A stretch of 64,000 bases of DNA from an uncultured Verrucomicrobiae bacterium. Its GTDB lineage: Bacteria; Verrucomicrobiota; Verrucomicrobiia; Opitutales; JABDGR01. Below are positions 29,609 through 39,289 of this stretch, in pieces (positions within the stretch are counted from its first letter, which is position 1; each line of letters opens with the position of its first letter). Position numbers and translations under genes: made by a program. A model generated the notes under the pieces. It did no database searches and was not told where the DNA came from. It saw only the letters and a list, made by a program, of their open reading frames with translations. The DNA lies in NCBI GenBank assembly GCA_963765205.1, contig CAVXVB010000005.1, forward strand, positions 192,001 to 256,000, read 5' to 3'.

Positions 29609-30877
29609 TTACTCCACCCGCACCACTTTGCCGACGAGGAAAATATAAGACAGCGCGCCGGCCAGTGCGACGCCGCTGACGAAAATCAGGCCCGGGCGAA
29701 AGTTATTGTCTTTGATGAGGTAGCCGATGATCAGCGGCACCAGCAGCGAGGATAGATTGCCGAAGAAATTGAAAACACCGCTGGTCAGGCCGAGCAATCG
29801 TTTCGGCGCGAGCGAGGAAACCATGATCCAGGCAATCGAGGAAAGTCCGTTGCCAAAAAAGGCAATCGTCATGAAGAGCACGATGAGTTTGGGACTGTCC
29901 ACATAGTTGGCCCCAATGATCGTCGTCGAAAGCAGCAGCCCGGCGATGATGGGCAGTTTGCGCGCGGTGGTGGGCGAAACGCCGCGCTGGATCATGCGGT
30001 CGGAGACAAAGCCGGAGCTGAAGATGCCGACAAAGGCGGCAAGCCAGGGCAGCACGCTGAGAAACCCGGCGTTGATGAAATCGAGGTGCCGGTATTTGAC
30101 CAGATAGGTTGGAAACCAGGTGAGAAAAAACCAGAGCGTAGAATTGACTGCCATTTGTCCGAAATAAATTCCCCACAATTTGCGGCGGCTCAACACCAGG
30201 CGCAGGTCGGCCCAGGTGAATTTGGTCACGGCCACTTTGGCGGTGCCGGCCTCCACCAGCGCGCCGCCCGCGCGAATATAATCCAACTCCGCCTCGTTAA
30301 TCACGGTGGACTGGGCGGGGTCGCGGTAGCAGGCATACCAGCAGCCGGCCCAGACCAGTCCCAGCGTGCCGGTGAGGAAGAACACAGCCTGCCAGCCGAA
30401 TTGGTTCTGCGCGAGCGCGAGAATCGGCATGAGAAAGCCCGGGCCGAAAAACTGGCCCGAGGTGTAGGCGGCGATGCCGCGCGCGCGCTCGTGATCGGGG
30501 AACCAGGTGGTCACCGCGCGGTTTAAAATCGGATAGGTGGGCGCTTCGAAAACGCCGAGGAGCAGGCGCAAGGAAATCAAAACCAGAAAAGTGCCGGCGA
30601 ATCCCTGCAGGATGGTGGCCATGGACCACAGGGTGCAGATGAGCGCAAAGAGGATGCGGGGGCGAATGCGATCCACCAGCCAGCCGCCGGGAATTTGCAG
30701 GAACGCATAAGTAAAGCCGAAGGCCGACAGCGCCTGCCCAAGATGTTTTGAGTCGAGCTGCAGGTCGCCGGCCAGCTTGGTGGCGGCAAGCCCGAGATTA
30801 ACGCGATCAAGATACGTGATGACGACCGTGACGAACAGCATCGCGAGGATGCGAAAGCGCTGGCGCGTGGGCGGCAT
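29609..30877 (-). CDS. MFS transporter, ACS family (sugar-acid, DgoT-like)
   Basis: ITYLDRVN, QIPGGWLVDR, WFPDHERA, WFFLTWFPTYL. Confidence 0.92.
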   Translation of the reverse strand: MPPTRQRFRILAMLFVTVVITYLDRVNLGLAATKLAGDLQLDSKHLGQALSAFGFTYAFLQIPGGWLVDRIRPRILFALICTLWSMATILQGFAGTFLVLISLRLLLGVFEAPTYPILNRAVTTWFPDHERARGIAAYTSGQFFGPGFLMPILALAQNQFGWQAVFFLTGTLGLVWAGCWYACYRDPAQSTVINEAELDYIRAGGALVEAGTAKVAVTKFTWADLRLVLSRRKLWGIYFGQMAVNSTLWFFLTWFPTYLVKYRHLDFINAGFLSVLPWLAAFVGIFSSGFVSDRMIQRGVSPTTARKLPIIAGLLLSTTIIGANYVDSPKLIVLFMTIAFFGNGLSSIAWIMVSSLAPKRLLGLTSGVFNFFGNLSSLLVPLIIGYLIKDNNFRPGLIFVSGVALAGALSYIFLVGKVVRVE

Positions 30878-30880
30878 CGG

Positions 30881-31969
30881 TTATTCGGCGGTGAGCGGGA
30901 ACTTGACGGCGCGGCGGTCGCGCGTGGCGCGGTAAATGGCGGTGAACAGCTCCACCGTGCGGCGGCCTTCCTCGCCAGAGACCGCCGGCGGCCGGCGTTC
31001 GAGGATGGCCCGCAGGAAATCCTGAATTTGCAGGCGGTGGAAATATTCCATCGGCTTGATCGAGTTGAAGAATTGCGCGTCCTCCGCTTTCCACACGGCC
31101 AGTTGCGCCTCCTCGCCCGGCACGGTCCAGATGTCGTTGTAGGGCGGTTCGATGGCGTTCGTCTGGCCGGCGACGAACATCGCGCCGCCGTCCGTCTGCA
31201 CGCCGACGGAAATCCCGTTCGAGCCATGGACGGAGACGCGGACATTGAGGGCGGGATTTTGGCTGTTGCTCACCACGATGTTGCCGAGCGCGCCGCTCTT
31301 GAAGCGCACGACCGCCACGGCGGTGTCCTCGACCTCGATATACGGATGGTTGAGATTCGCCCAATAACCGAACATTTCGTCAATCTCGCCGAAATACCAC
31401 AGCAGCAAATCGAGTTGGTGCGGCGCCTGATTGACCAACACGCCGCCACCTTCGCCCTTCCAACTGCCGCGCCACGGGTCGCTGCGATAATAGGCCTCGT
31501 CGCGCCAGCCAAACATGACGGTGGTGCCCAGCACGGGGCGTTCGAGTTTCCCCGCGTCAATCGCCTGGCGGATGCGCTGGCACGGCGGATAAAACCGCCG
31601 CTGGCAAACCATGCCAAGGGTTGCGCCGCCGGCCTTCACCGCCGCGAGCATCGCGTCGCAATCGGCCAGCGAGGAAGCGAGCGGTTTCTCGACAAGCACA
31701 TGCACCCCCGCGCGGGCCGTCGCGATGGTCGGCGCGGCGTGCTCGGGATGCGGCGTGCAGATGCAAACCGCCTCCAGCTTTTCCGCGGCCACCATTTCGC
31801 CCGCGTCGGTGTAGGCGCGGACGCCGTATTTTTCGGCAAACAGCCGGGCCTTGTCCGGTGTGCGGCCGCAGACTGCGACAAAGTGGGACTCCGGCAGCGC
31901 GGCCAGCGCGACGGCGTGGAGATGGCCGACCTTGCCGCAGCCGATGAGTCCTGTGCGCAGTTTGGGCAT
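30881..31969 (-). CDS. Gfo/Idh/MocA oxidoreductase
   Basis: GCGKVG, VEKP, GGGVLVNQAPHQLD. Confidence 0.93.
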   Translation of the reverse strand: MPKLRTGLIGCGKVGHLHAVALAALPESHFVAVCGRTPDKARLFAEKYGVRAYTDAGEMVAAEKLEAVCICTPHPEHAAPTIATARAGVHVLVEKPLASSLADCDAMLAAVKAGGATLGMVCQRRFYPPCQRIRQAIDAGKLERPVLGTTVMFGWRDEAYYRSDPWRGSWKGEGGGVLVNQAPHQLDLLLWYFGEIDEMFGYWANLNHPYIEVEDTAVAVVRFKSGALGNIVVSNSQNPALNVRVSVHGSNGISVGVQTDGGAMFVAGQTNAIEPPYNDIWTVPGEEAQLAVWKAEDAQFFNSIKPMEYFHRLQIQDFLRAILERRPPAVSGEEGRRTVELFTAIYRATRDRRAVKFPLTAE

Positions 31970-31985
31970 GGGATAAAATTCGGAA

Positions 31986-33017
31986 TCAGGGTTTCAGCAA
32001 AACTTTCATCAGCCCTTTTTCGCCCGCATACAACCGCGCAAACCATTGCGCGCCCTCCGCCAGCGGCGGCGTCGCGCTGATAAATTCCGTCACGTTGATT
32101 TGCCCGCTGGCGATCAGGTCGAGGCATTCGGGGTATTCCCCCGCCGAGGCGCAGGTGCCAATGAGCGTGAGCTGGCGCGTGACCGCCGCTTGCAGTGAAA
32201 AATCAACCGTGGCCTTGAGGTTGCCCACGAGCGTCACGCTGCCGCCCTTGCGCACGCAGTCCATCGCCGTCTTGAGGGTGGGGGAGAGGCCGACAACCTC
32301 GAAGGCCGCGTCCGCGCCGCGCCCTTGGGTCAGCGCCTTGATTTTGGCGGGAAGGTCGGCCTCGTCGGCTTTGAACGCCGCCGTCGCGCCGCGCCGCCGC
32401 GCCAGTTGCAGGCGGTCCTCCTCCAAATCAATGGCGATGATTTGTTTGGCGCCGGCCACGCGCAGCGCTTGCACGACCAGCAGGCCGATCATCCCGACGC
32501 CCACGACCACGACGGCGGCGTCGTGCAGGCCCGGCGTGCGGGCCACGGCATGAACGGCGACGGACACCGCCTCGACCATCGCCGCCTGCTCAAAACTCAG
32601 ATTGTCCGGCAAACGGTAAAGAATCCGCTGCGGCACGGCGACAAATTCGGCGAACGCGCCCTGCCGTCGGTAATCCCCGCACGATACGCCCAGCACCTGC
32701 CGGTTGTCGCACAGGTTCACCTCGCCCCGCCGGCAGAACCAGCATTCACCGCAATAAACCGTCGAGTCGAATGTGACACGGTCGCCCGGGTGCCACGCGG
32801 TCACCCCCGCGCCGACGGCGGCGATTTCCCCCGCCGCTTCGTGGCCCATGACCAGGGGTGGAATGCGCCGCCCCGTGCTCCCGTCCATTCCATGCACGTC
32901 GCTGCCGCAGATGCCGCACGCGCGCACGCGCACCAAGACCTCGCCGGGTTGCGGCGTGGGCGCCGCCAAATCCTCGACGGCGAATTTTTTGTATTCCTGC
33001 AGGACGAGTGCCTTCAT
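31986..33017 (-). CDS. Zn-dependent MDR polyol dehydrogenase
   Basis: GICGSD, GHE, CGECWFC...C, GVGMIG. Confidence 0.93.
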   Translation of the reverse strand: MKALVLQEYKKFAVEDLAAPTPQPGEVLVRVRACGICGSDVHGMDGSTGRRIPPLVMGHEAAGEIAAVGAGVTAWHPGDRVTFDSTVYCGECWFCRRGEVNLCDNRQVLGVSCGDYRRQGAFAEFVAVPQRILYRLPDNLSFEQAAMVEAVSVAVHAVARTPGLHDAAVVVVGVGMIGLLVVQALRVAGAKQIIAIDLEEDRLQLARRRGATAAFKADEADLPAKIKALTQGRGADAAFEVVGLSPTLKTAMDCVRKGGSVTLVGNLKATVDFSLQAAVTRQLTLIGTCASAGEYPECLDLIASGQINVTEFISATPPLAEGAQWFARLYAGEKGLMKVLLKP

Positions 33018-33147
33018 GGGGGTAAGCCCGCCATTACCGACAGAATTTTTCGCCGACGACAAGCCTGTTCTCGCGGCGGCGTTTCACCGGGGGTGCGCCT
33101 CAATTCTTACGCAGTCACCGAGTGACGACACGAAAGTAGATTTGCCC

Positions 33148-35028
33148 CTATTTGCCCCCGGGAGAAGATACGAAGGCCGGTGCCGGATGATACTCCGGCC
33201 GGTAATCTTTCTCGGCCCAGGCGGTATCGGGAGTTCCCGCATCGGAGGCCAGCGGTTTTTCAGAAAAGGGCGCGGCCTTGCCGGAATGGACTGCTTCGAG
33301 TTGGCGGTGGGTGGCTTGGGCGGCGGCGACGAGTTCGGCGTATGGCCGGTTGGTCGCATCCACAAAACCGATGTTGTAATTTTCCCCGTCTTGACGGCCC
33401 AGCACGGGCTCGTCCTGCCAGGTAAACCAGTGTGCGCCCACGAACCCGGGCAGCGCCGCGGCCTGCTCGACGAAATAACGGTAGGCCTTGCCGCGTTCGA
33501 TTTGGTCGCGCGCCTGCACCAGACCCGCGCCCAGGCCGTCCGCCGGCACGCCAATATGATATTCGCCGATGAGGATGGGGCGGCCCGTCAGTTCGTAGGC
33601 GCGTTTGACCTGCTTGGTCGGCTCGTAATCATAAACGTTGATGCTGCACACGTCAAAAAACCGCCCGCAACGCATGACTTCATCGTTGGGGTCGCCGCCA
33701 AAGCGGATGCCGAGGTTGAGGTGGTTGGGGTCGTATTTCTTAATGGCCGACCCGATAAGCTGCAGATATTGCTCAAACGCGCTCACCACAAATTCCTTGC
33801 GCCGCGCCGGCGTGTCGCCCGCGGCGAGAAAGTCCTTGAGCTTCGCCTGGGTGCCGGTCGCCGTTCCCTTCAGGATCAGGTCGCAAACTTCGCTTTCGCG
33901 GTCGGACCAGGGCGGCTCGTTGCCCACAAAGTATCCCACGAGGAGCGGGTCGTCCTTGTGGGGCGTGCATTGGCTGGCGGCCGATTGGTCAATTTGCGCG
34001 GCAAAATTGTCATCGTAAACATCCGGCAGGCCGAGCCAGGTCGCCGTGCGCGGCCAGTTCAATCTCACAATGTAGGGCATGCCCGAGCCTGCGGCGCCCG
34101 TGGTAAAACCCCAGGCTTGCAGGCGGCGGGTGGTCAGGCTGGCGGCGGGTGGGGAACCGGGAGCGGGCGTCGCGGCGGCTCCGCCCTGCCGGCCGACCCC
34201 ACCGGCCCCCGGGATGCCGTTCAAACTTTGGCAGATGAATAAATGCCCGTCCGGGTCCACCATCCACCACTTACCGTCCACCTGTTCGACCCGAAAAAAT
34301 CCCGTGGCCTTGACCTGGGTGTCCACGTAGCCGCCATATTTTCCATAATTGAAACCCGTGGGGGTGAGGTTTTTCTCCTCGTCGGCCAATTCCTGGGCCA
34401 GTTGCTCCGGGCTATTGATTTTGCGCGGCCAGTCGGCCAGCGCCCACTGCCGAAACTGGTCCGTGGTGGCGTCATTGGTCAAAAATGCCGAGCCGGGATC
34501 GTCCTTGGCCAGGGTCATCGAGCGGATTTCCAGCGTGGGCTTGTTGATCGGGTAAAACATGGTCACGCCGAGGGCCTGCACATTTTTGATGCTGCCGAAT
34601 GGGCCCCAGACCGAAATCCAGAACGAGCCGTATTTGCGGTTGGTGGCCGAGGCGAGGTCGTTGCCCGATTGATCCTGGCTGACAAAATACTGCAGCGGCA
34701 CGGCGGCGCGCATCCAGACATTCTGGCCCAGGGGTTGGATTTCGATGCGATGCGGGCCGGCCGCCGTGTAGACCCACAGCGAAAACCGCTGCGGGGTGGA
34801 CGCCCGCATTTCGAGGACGAGGAAGTTGTAGCCGGACCAATCCGCCGGCCATTGGGGATTCAAGTCCTTTAAGGCCCATTGCTGGGTGGAAATGGCGCCG
34901 TTGAAAGTGACGGTGCGGGCGGTGGTGGCCGGCGCGGCGGTGTCCGCGGTGGTGGCATCCGCCGCGGCGAGGCGCGCCCACCCGCCCGCCACGATGATCA
35001 ACGCTAAAATTTTGAATTGGGATTTCAT
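33148..35028 (-). CDS. Secreted GH50-like (beta-agarase-like) glycoside hydrolase
   Basis: Signal peptide; TGFFRVEQVDGKWWMVDPDG, GYFVGNEP, ILIGEYH, VGAHWF...GRQDGENYNIGFVD. Confidence 0.8.
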   Translation of the reverse strand: MKSQFKILALIIVAGGWARLAAADATTADTAAPATTARTVTFNGAISTQQWALKDLNPQWPADWSGYNFLVLEMRASTPQRFSLWVYTAAGPHRIEIQPLGQNVWMRAAVPLQYFVSQDQSGNDLASATNRKYGSFWISVWGPFGSIKNVQALGVTMFYPINKPTLEIRSMTLAKDDPGSAFLTNDATTDQFRQWALADWPRKINSPEQLAQELADEEKNLTPTGFNYGKYGGYVDTQVKATGFFRVEQVDGKWWMVDPDGHLFICQSLNGIPGAGGVGRQGGAAATPAPGSPPAASLTTRRLQAWGFTTGAAGSGMPYIVRLNWPRTATWLGLPDVYDDNFAAQIDQSAASQCTPHKDDPLLVGYFVGNEPPWSDRESEVCDLILKGTATGTQAKLKDFLAAGDTPARRKEFVVSAFEQYLQLIGSAIKKYDPNHLNLGIRFGGDPNDEVMRCGRFFDVCSINVYDYEPTKQVKRAYELTGRPILIGEYHIGVPADGLGAGLVQARDQIERGKAYRYFVEQAAALPGFVGAHWFTWQDEPVLGRQDGENYNIGFVDATNRPYAELVAAAQATHRQLEAVHSGKAAPFSEKPLASDAGTPDTAWAEKDYRPEYHPAPAFVSSPGGK

Positions 35029-35229
35029 GGGGTAGTAAGAAGTTGAGGGGAAAAATGGCGCAAGGTACTTGGGCCGATGTCGCACTCCCGGTCCTGCATC
35101 CATGGGGGTATCTTGCAACAGCTGCTTGACGGGGATTATTAGCAAAGAGCTCGGGCTTTATGGCAACGACATTTTTGGTGGCGTTACTGAACAAACCATT
35201 GCCGCATAACACCTCAAGACCCAGCCCTG

Positions 35230-37551
35230 CTACACAACTGTGAGCTTCAATTTTCGCAAATCGCCGTCGCGGCTGGAGGAGCCGAGCAGGATTTCAAATT
35301 CGCCCGGCTCGACCACCCATTGCATGTTCACGTCGTAAAAGGCCAGCAGTTCGGAAGTAATCTCCAGCGCCACGGTCTTGGCTTTGCCGGGGGCCAGGGA
35401 AATTTTTTGAAAGCCCTTCAACTCCTTCACCGGGCGCGTCACGGAACTGACCAGGTCGCGCACATACATTTGCACGACCTCCGTGCCTGCGCGCGCGCCG
35501 GTGTTGGTCACGTCCACGAGCGCGCGGGTGGATTCGCCGCGGCGGATTTTTTTCTTTGCCAGGCGCGCGTTGGCGAAGGCGAACGTCGTGTAGCTCAAGC
35601 CGAAGCCAAACGGGTAAAGCGGCGACACTTCGTCGAACAAATAACCGCGGCGCGCGGAGGGCTTGTGATTGTAAAAGACCGGGAGATGGCCCGCCGAGCG
35701 CGGAATGCTGATGGGCAGTTTCCCGCCGGGATTATGGTCGCCGAACAAAACCTCCGCGACCGCGTGGCCGCATTCCTGGCCCAGATACCAGCACTCTAAA
35801 ATCGCCGGCGCGTTTTCGCTGAGGTAATTGATCGAGTTCGGGCGGCCAAGGAACAACAGCACGACCACCGGCTTGCCGGTCGCCAGCATCGCGCGCGCCA
35901 ATTCGTCCTGCCGGCCGACGAGGTCCAGATTGGCCCGGTCGCCGAGATGCTTGCGCCCCCATGCCTCACGCGAAGTCTGCTCGTTGCCGCCGAGGGCCAG
36001 CACGACCGCGTCCGCCTGCTGCGCGATTTGCGCCGCCGCCGCGATTTGCCGCCGGTCTTCCCCCGCGTCGCTCGGCGTGACGCTGTCCTGCGCCCACGAA
36101 CCGCCCACGGTAATTTTACAACCTTCGCTATAGAGAACCTTCATGGCGTTTCCGACCCGCGCCTGAATACCTTCGAGCACGGTGCAGTCGTGCTTGGGCA
36201 CGCCGCTATAACCGCCGAGCAGGCTGCGGTGCGCATTGGGGCCGATCACCGCGAGGGTCTTGATTTTGCGCGCGTCGAGCGGCAGCACCGCGCCGTCGTT
36301 TTTCAAAAGCGTGATGGCCTCGCGCGCGGCGTGCCGGGCGAGCCGGCGGTTTTTGTCACAGCCCACGATGCGCGCAGCCTCCGCCGGATCCACATAGGGA
36401 TCGTCAAACAGCCCGAGCTTGAATTTCCAGAGCAGCATCGGCGCGACCAGTTCGTCGAGTTGCGACTCCCGCAGCGCGCCCTCGCGCACCAGTTCCAGCA
36501 AATGCAAATAGCAATCCGGGTCCGGCAGTTCGATGTTCACCCCGGCGCGCACCGCCAGCGCGCAGGCCTCTTTTTTGTTCGCGGCGACGCGGTGGCCATG
36601 CGTGTCCGGCCGGTCGGCCAATTCCCAAATCGCAAAGTAATCACTGACGACAAAGCCCGTAAACCCCCATTCCTGGCGCAGCACGTCGCGCAGCAGCCAG
36701 CGATTCGCGTGCGAAGGCACGCCGTCAATTTCATTATAAGAAGCCATGACGCTGACCGCGCCTGCTTTTTGAATCGCCTCTTTGAACGGAAACAAAAACG
36801 TCTCGCGCAGCAAGCGCAGCGAAACATTGGCCGGCGCGCAATTCATCCCCGACTCCGGCTGCCCGTGCGCGGCAAAATGTTTCAACGTGGCGAGGACGCG
36901 CTTCTTATCGCGAAACGTGGCGTCGCCCTGAAACCCTCGCACGGCGGCGATGCCCATCCGCGCCACCAAAAACGGATCCTCCCCAAAAGTCTCCTCGACG
37001 CGCCCCCAGCGCGGGTCGCGGGCCACGTCCACCACCGGCGTGAGCGCCTGGTGCGCGCCCCGCGCGCGCGTCTCCTCCGCCGTCATGGTGTAAAGCGCCT
37101 CCACCAACTCCGGGTTAAATGTGCCGGCCAGCGCCAGTGGAGACGGGAAGCTGGTCGCGTCAACCGCCATGTGACCGTGCAAACACTCCTCGTGAAAAAT
37201 CACCGGGATGCCCAGCCGGCTGTGTTCGAGAAAAAACTTCTGGATCGCGTTGGTCAATTCCGCCATCCCGCGCGCATCCAAGCCCCCGCCCGCCATGCTC
37301 GCCCGGCCCACCTGGCCCGGAGCGGGCTTTTTGCGATTAGCAATTTTGGCTTTTTGCAAATCGAACTTGCCTTCGGCATCCACCAGGGTCGTGGCCATGT
37401 TCCGCCACACGCCCTGCATCTGCGCGGCCTTTTCCGCCAGCGTCATCCGGCCCAACAAATCCCACACCCGCCGCGCGGCGGGCAACGTCGGGTTTTTATA
37501 AGGCGGCGCGCCGCTGGGCCGGCGTTTGTGTTTCCGGAGAGTTTTTTTCAT
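35230..37551 (-). CDS. GH3 beta-glucosidase/xylosidase, no signal peptide
   Basis: RDPRWGRVEETFGEDP, LKHFAAH, VVSDY, PFGFGLSYT, C-terminal Fn3-like domain. Confidence 0.95.
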   Translation of the reverse strand: MKKTLRKHKRRPSGAPPYKNPTLPAARRVWDLLGRMTLAEKAAQMQGVWRNMATTLVDAEGKFDLQKAKIANRKKPAPGQVGRASMAGGGLDARGMAELTNAIQKFFLEHSRLGIPVIFHEECLHGHMAVDATSFPSPLALAGTFNPELVEALYTMTAEETRARGAHQALTPVVDVARDPRWGRVEETFGEDPFLVARMGIAAVRGFQGDATFRDKKRVLATLKHFAAHGQPESGMNCAPANVSLRLLRETFLFPFKEAIQKAGAVSVMASYNEIDGVPSHANRWLLRDVLRQEWGFTGFVVSDYFAIWELADRPDTHGHRVAANKKEACALAVRAGVNIELPDPDCYLHLLELVREGALRESQLDELVAPMLLWKFKLGLFDDPYVDPAEAARIVGCDKNRRLARHAAREAITLLKNDGAVLPLDARKIKTLAVIGPNAHRSLLGGYSGVPKHDCTVLEGIQARVGNAMKVLYSEGCKITVGGSWAQDSVTPSDAGEDRRQIAAAAQIAQQADAVVLALGGNEQTSREAWGRKHLGDRANLDLVGRQDELARAMLATGKPVVVLLFLGRPNSINYLSENAPAILECWYLGQECGHAVAEVLFGDHNPGGKLPISIPRSAGHLPVFYNHKPSARRGYLFDEVSPLYPFGFGLSYTTFAFANARLAKKKIRRGESTRALVDVTNTGARAGTEVVQMYVRDLVSSVTRPVKELKGFQKISLAPGKAKTVALEITSELLAFYDVNMQWVVEPGEFEILLGSSSRDGDLRKLKLTVV

Positions 37552-37703
37552 CGAGCCAGTTTTGCCTGGGTTTAGCCGAACTGAAACCAAGCCGGGGAGA
37601 GTGACCACCAAAGCCCTGTCCGGCGGCGGAAGTCAATTTTGAAAATTAAATGGCGCATATCTTCCGACTGAATCGGTCAACGTTCACTTTTCGGGCGCGG
37701 GCC

Positions 37704-37825
37704 AGTCCCGGAGGGACGAAAGACGAACGCCGGTTTTTCTTTCGTCCCTCCGGGACTTTTTCCACCTCTCATCGCATCCCCAGCGTTAAAAACGCTGGGC
37801 TATTTTCTATCGCCCTGCCGGGTTG
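37704..37825. repeat. Partial nested-palindrome element
   Basis: agtcccggagggacgaaag / ctttcgtccctccgggact inverted pair, then cccagcgttaaaaacgctggg hairpin. Confidence 0.75.
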
Positions 37826-37854
37826 ACAAACACATTCCCAATTTTTTGCCCCCG

Positions 37855-38796
37855 TCAATTTTGCGGACTGGTGATGATCTGCGGGCCTTGCTGTGGCACT
37901 GATTGCGCGGTGGGTTCCGGGTCGGTGGTGTCCGGGGCGGATTGAGGCTGTGGCGCAGGCGTTGCCTCAGTTCTAGCCACAGCGTTAAGCCAAGACAAGA
38001 TTTGCGCGCCGGGCTCGCCGTTTTGGACGCGTTGGTTAAGTTCCTCGAGGAGGACGTTCCCGCCTAACTCAGTTGCCCAGTGCACCATCCAAGGCGTGTC
38101 AGCGGTCAACTGAGGGGTTGTCGAATTGAAAGCGACGGCGGCCTGTTGCGCCAAGCTGTTGATATACGCCAAAGTTTCCGAATTGAAACGCCCAGCGTTG
38201 TCGTCGTAGGGAGCCTCTGGGGGCGTAGGGGTCGCCAACTGAGGAGTTGTCGAATTGGAAGCGGCGGCGGCCTGCTGCTGCTGCTGCTCCCAGCTGTTGA
38301 TATACGCCTGTTCTTCCACAGAAAAAGTGCTTATAAGACCCCCAAAGATATACCCTCTGCTGCTGCCATTGCTATTATGCCACACATACATATCAACAAC
38401 ATTACCCGAACTATTTGTTGCGTCGTAAACCCCCATAATACTGAATTCATCCTTTCCCTGATTAAACAGATGGTGCTCGGCCTGCGCCAGTGGCACGGTG
38501 ATTATGGCCGAGTGCTGCACGGGTGGGTCGGCTTTGGCTGGCGCGGCGGAGGCGACCTCGGCCACTACAATCGGGGTTTGATTTGCATCATTCGCTGCTG
38601 GGGTAGCGACCGGCACGAACGTCAAGGTGACTTTTTTGGCGTTCGCGGAGGCGGAGGCGGGCTGGGCCGTTCCTTGGGTGGAAGCGGTCGGGGACACCAC
38701 GCTGTCAGGCCTGGTGGATTGCCACATCCACCAAAACAGGCCGAGGGTGACGATATACAGGAGTATAACAACCCCATAGGTGCGACGGCGTTTCAT
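37855..38796 (-). CDS. Membrane-anchored hypothetical protein with internal duplication
   Basis: N-terminal TM; AYINS...NSTTPQL occurs twice. Confidence 0.72.
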   Translation of the reverse strand: MKRRRTYGVVILLYIVTLGLFWWMWQSTRPDSVVSPTASTQGTAQPASASANAKKVTLTFVPVATPAANDANQTPIVVAEVASAAPAKADPPVQHSAIITVPLAQAEHHLFNQGKDEFSIMGVYDATNSSGNVVDMYVWHNSNGSSRGYIFGGLISTFSVEEQAYINSWEQQQQQAAAASNSTTPQLATPTPPEAPYDDNAGRFNSETLAYINSLAQQAAVAFNSTTPQLTADTPWMVHWATELGGNVLLEELNQRVQNGEPGAQILSWLNAVARTEATPAPQPQSAPDTTDPEPTAQSVPQQGPQIITSPQN

Positions 38797-39039
38797 GGAA
38801 CGAAGGGCAGAGCCGGAATTGGGTTAATTCGCCGCAGACGGCGGGAGGGGCCGGCGCGGCAAACGGGGGATATTTACGATGATGATAAACCGCCGCCATG
38901 GCTTTCCGATACGGTTTTATTGAGGGATTAATCAATAATCACGTTTGCTAATCCAGGTAATTTTCGGTCATTAGTTTTCCTACTGTGGCGAAAACTGGAT
39001 GATTACAGATTCTCGGATAGGTTTTCAAATTTGGTCGTT

Positions 39040-39192
39040 CCTCGCGTAGCGAGGGATTAACCTAGCCGTGGACTTCAGTCCACGGTTTCCGCCCGTTCGA
39101 AAATTCGCGTCACTACGCGACGCATGCCCATATTTTCACATCGTTTCCGTGGACTGAAGTCCACGGCTAAATTCGAGTCGTCGCTCCGCGAC
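39040..39192. repeat. Second copy of the CCGTGGACT-type palindromic element
   Basis: TAGCCGTGGACTTCAGTCCACGG...TTCCGTGGACTGAAGTCCACGGCTAA, nearly identical to the core of 14353-14608. Confidence 0.85.
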
Positions 39193-39289
39193 TGCGCAGA
39201 ACGGCCCCTGGTAAAAAAAAGTGGTAAGCTCACAGCTATTGTCAACGGCCACTACTTGTCCAATGGATTGGCCAGTTCGAGAACAAATT

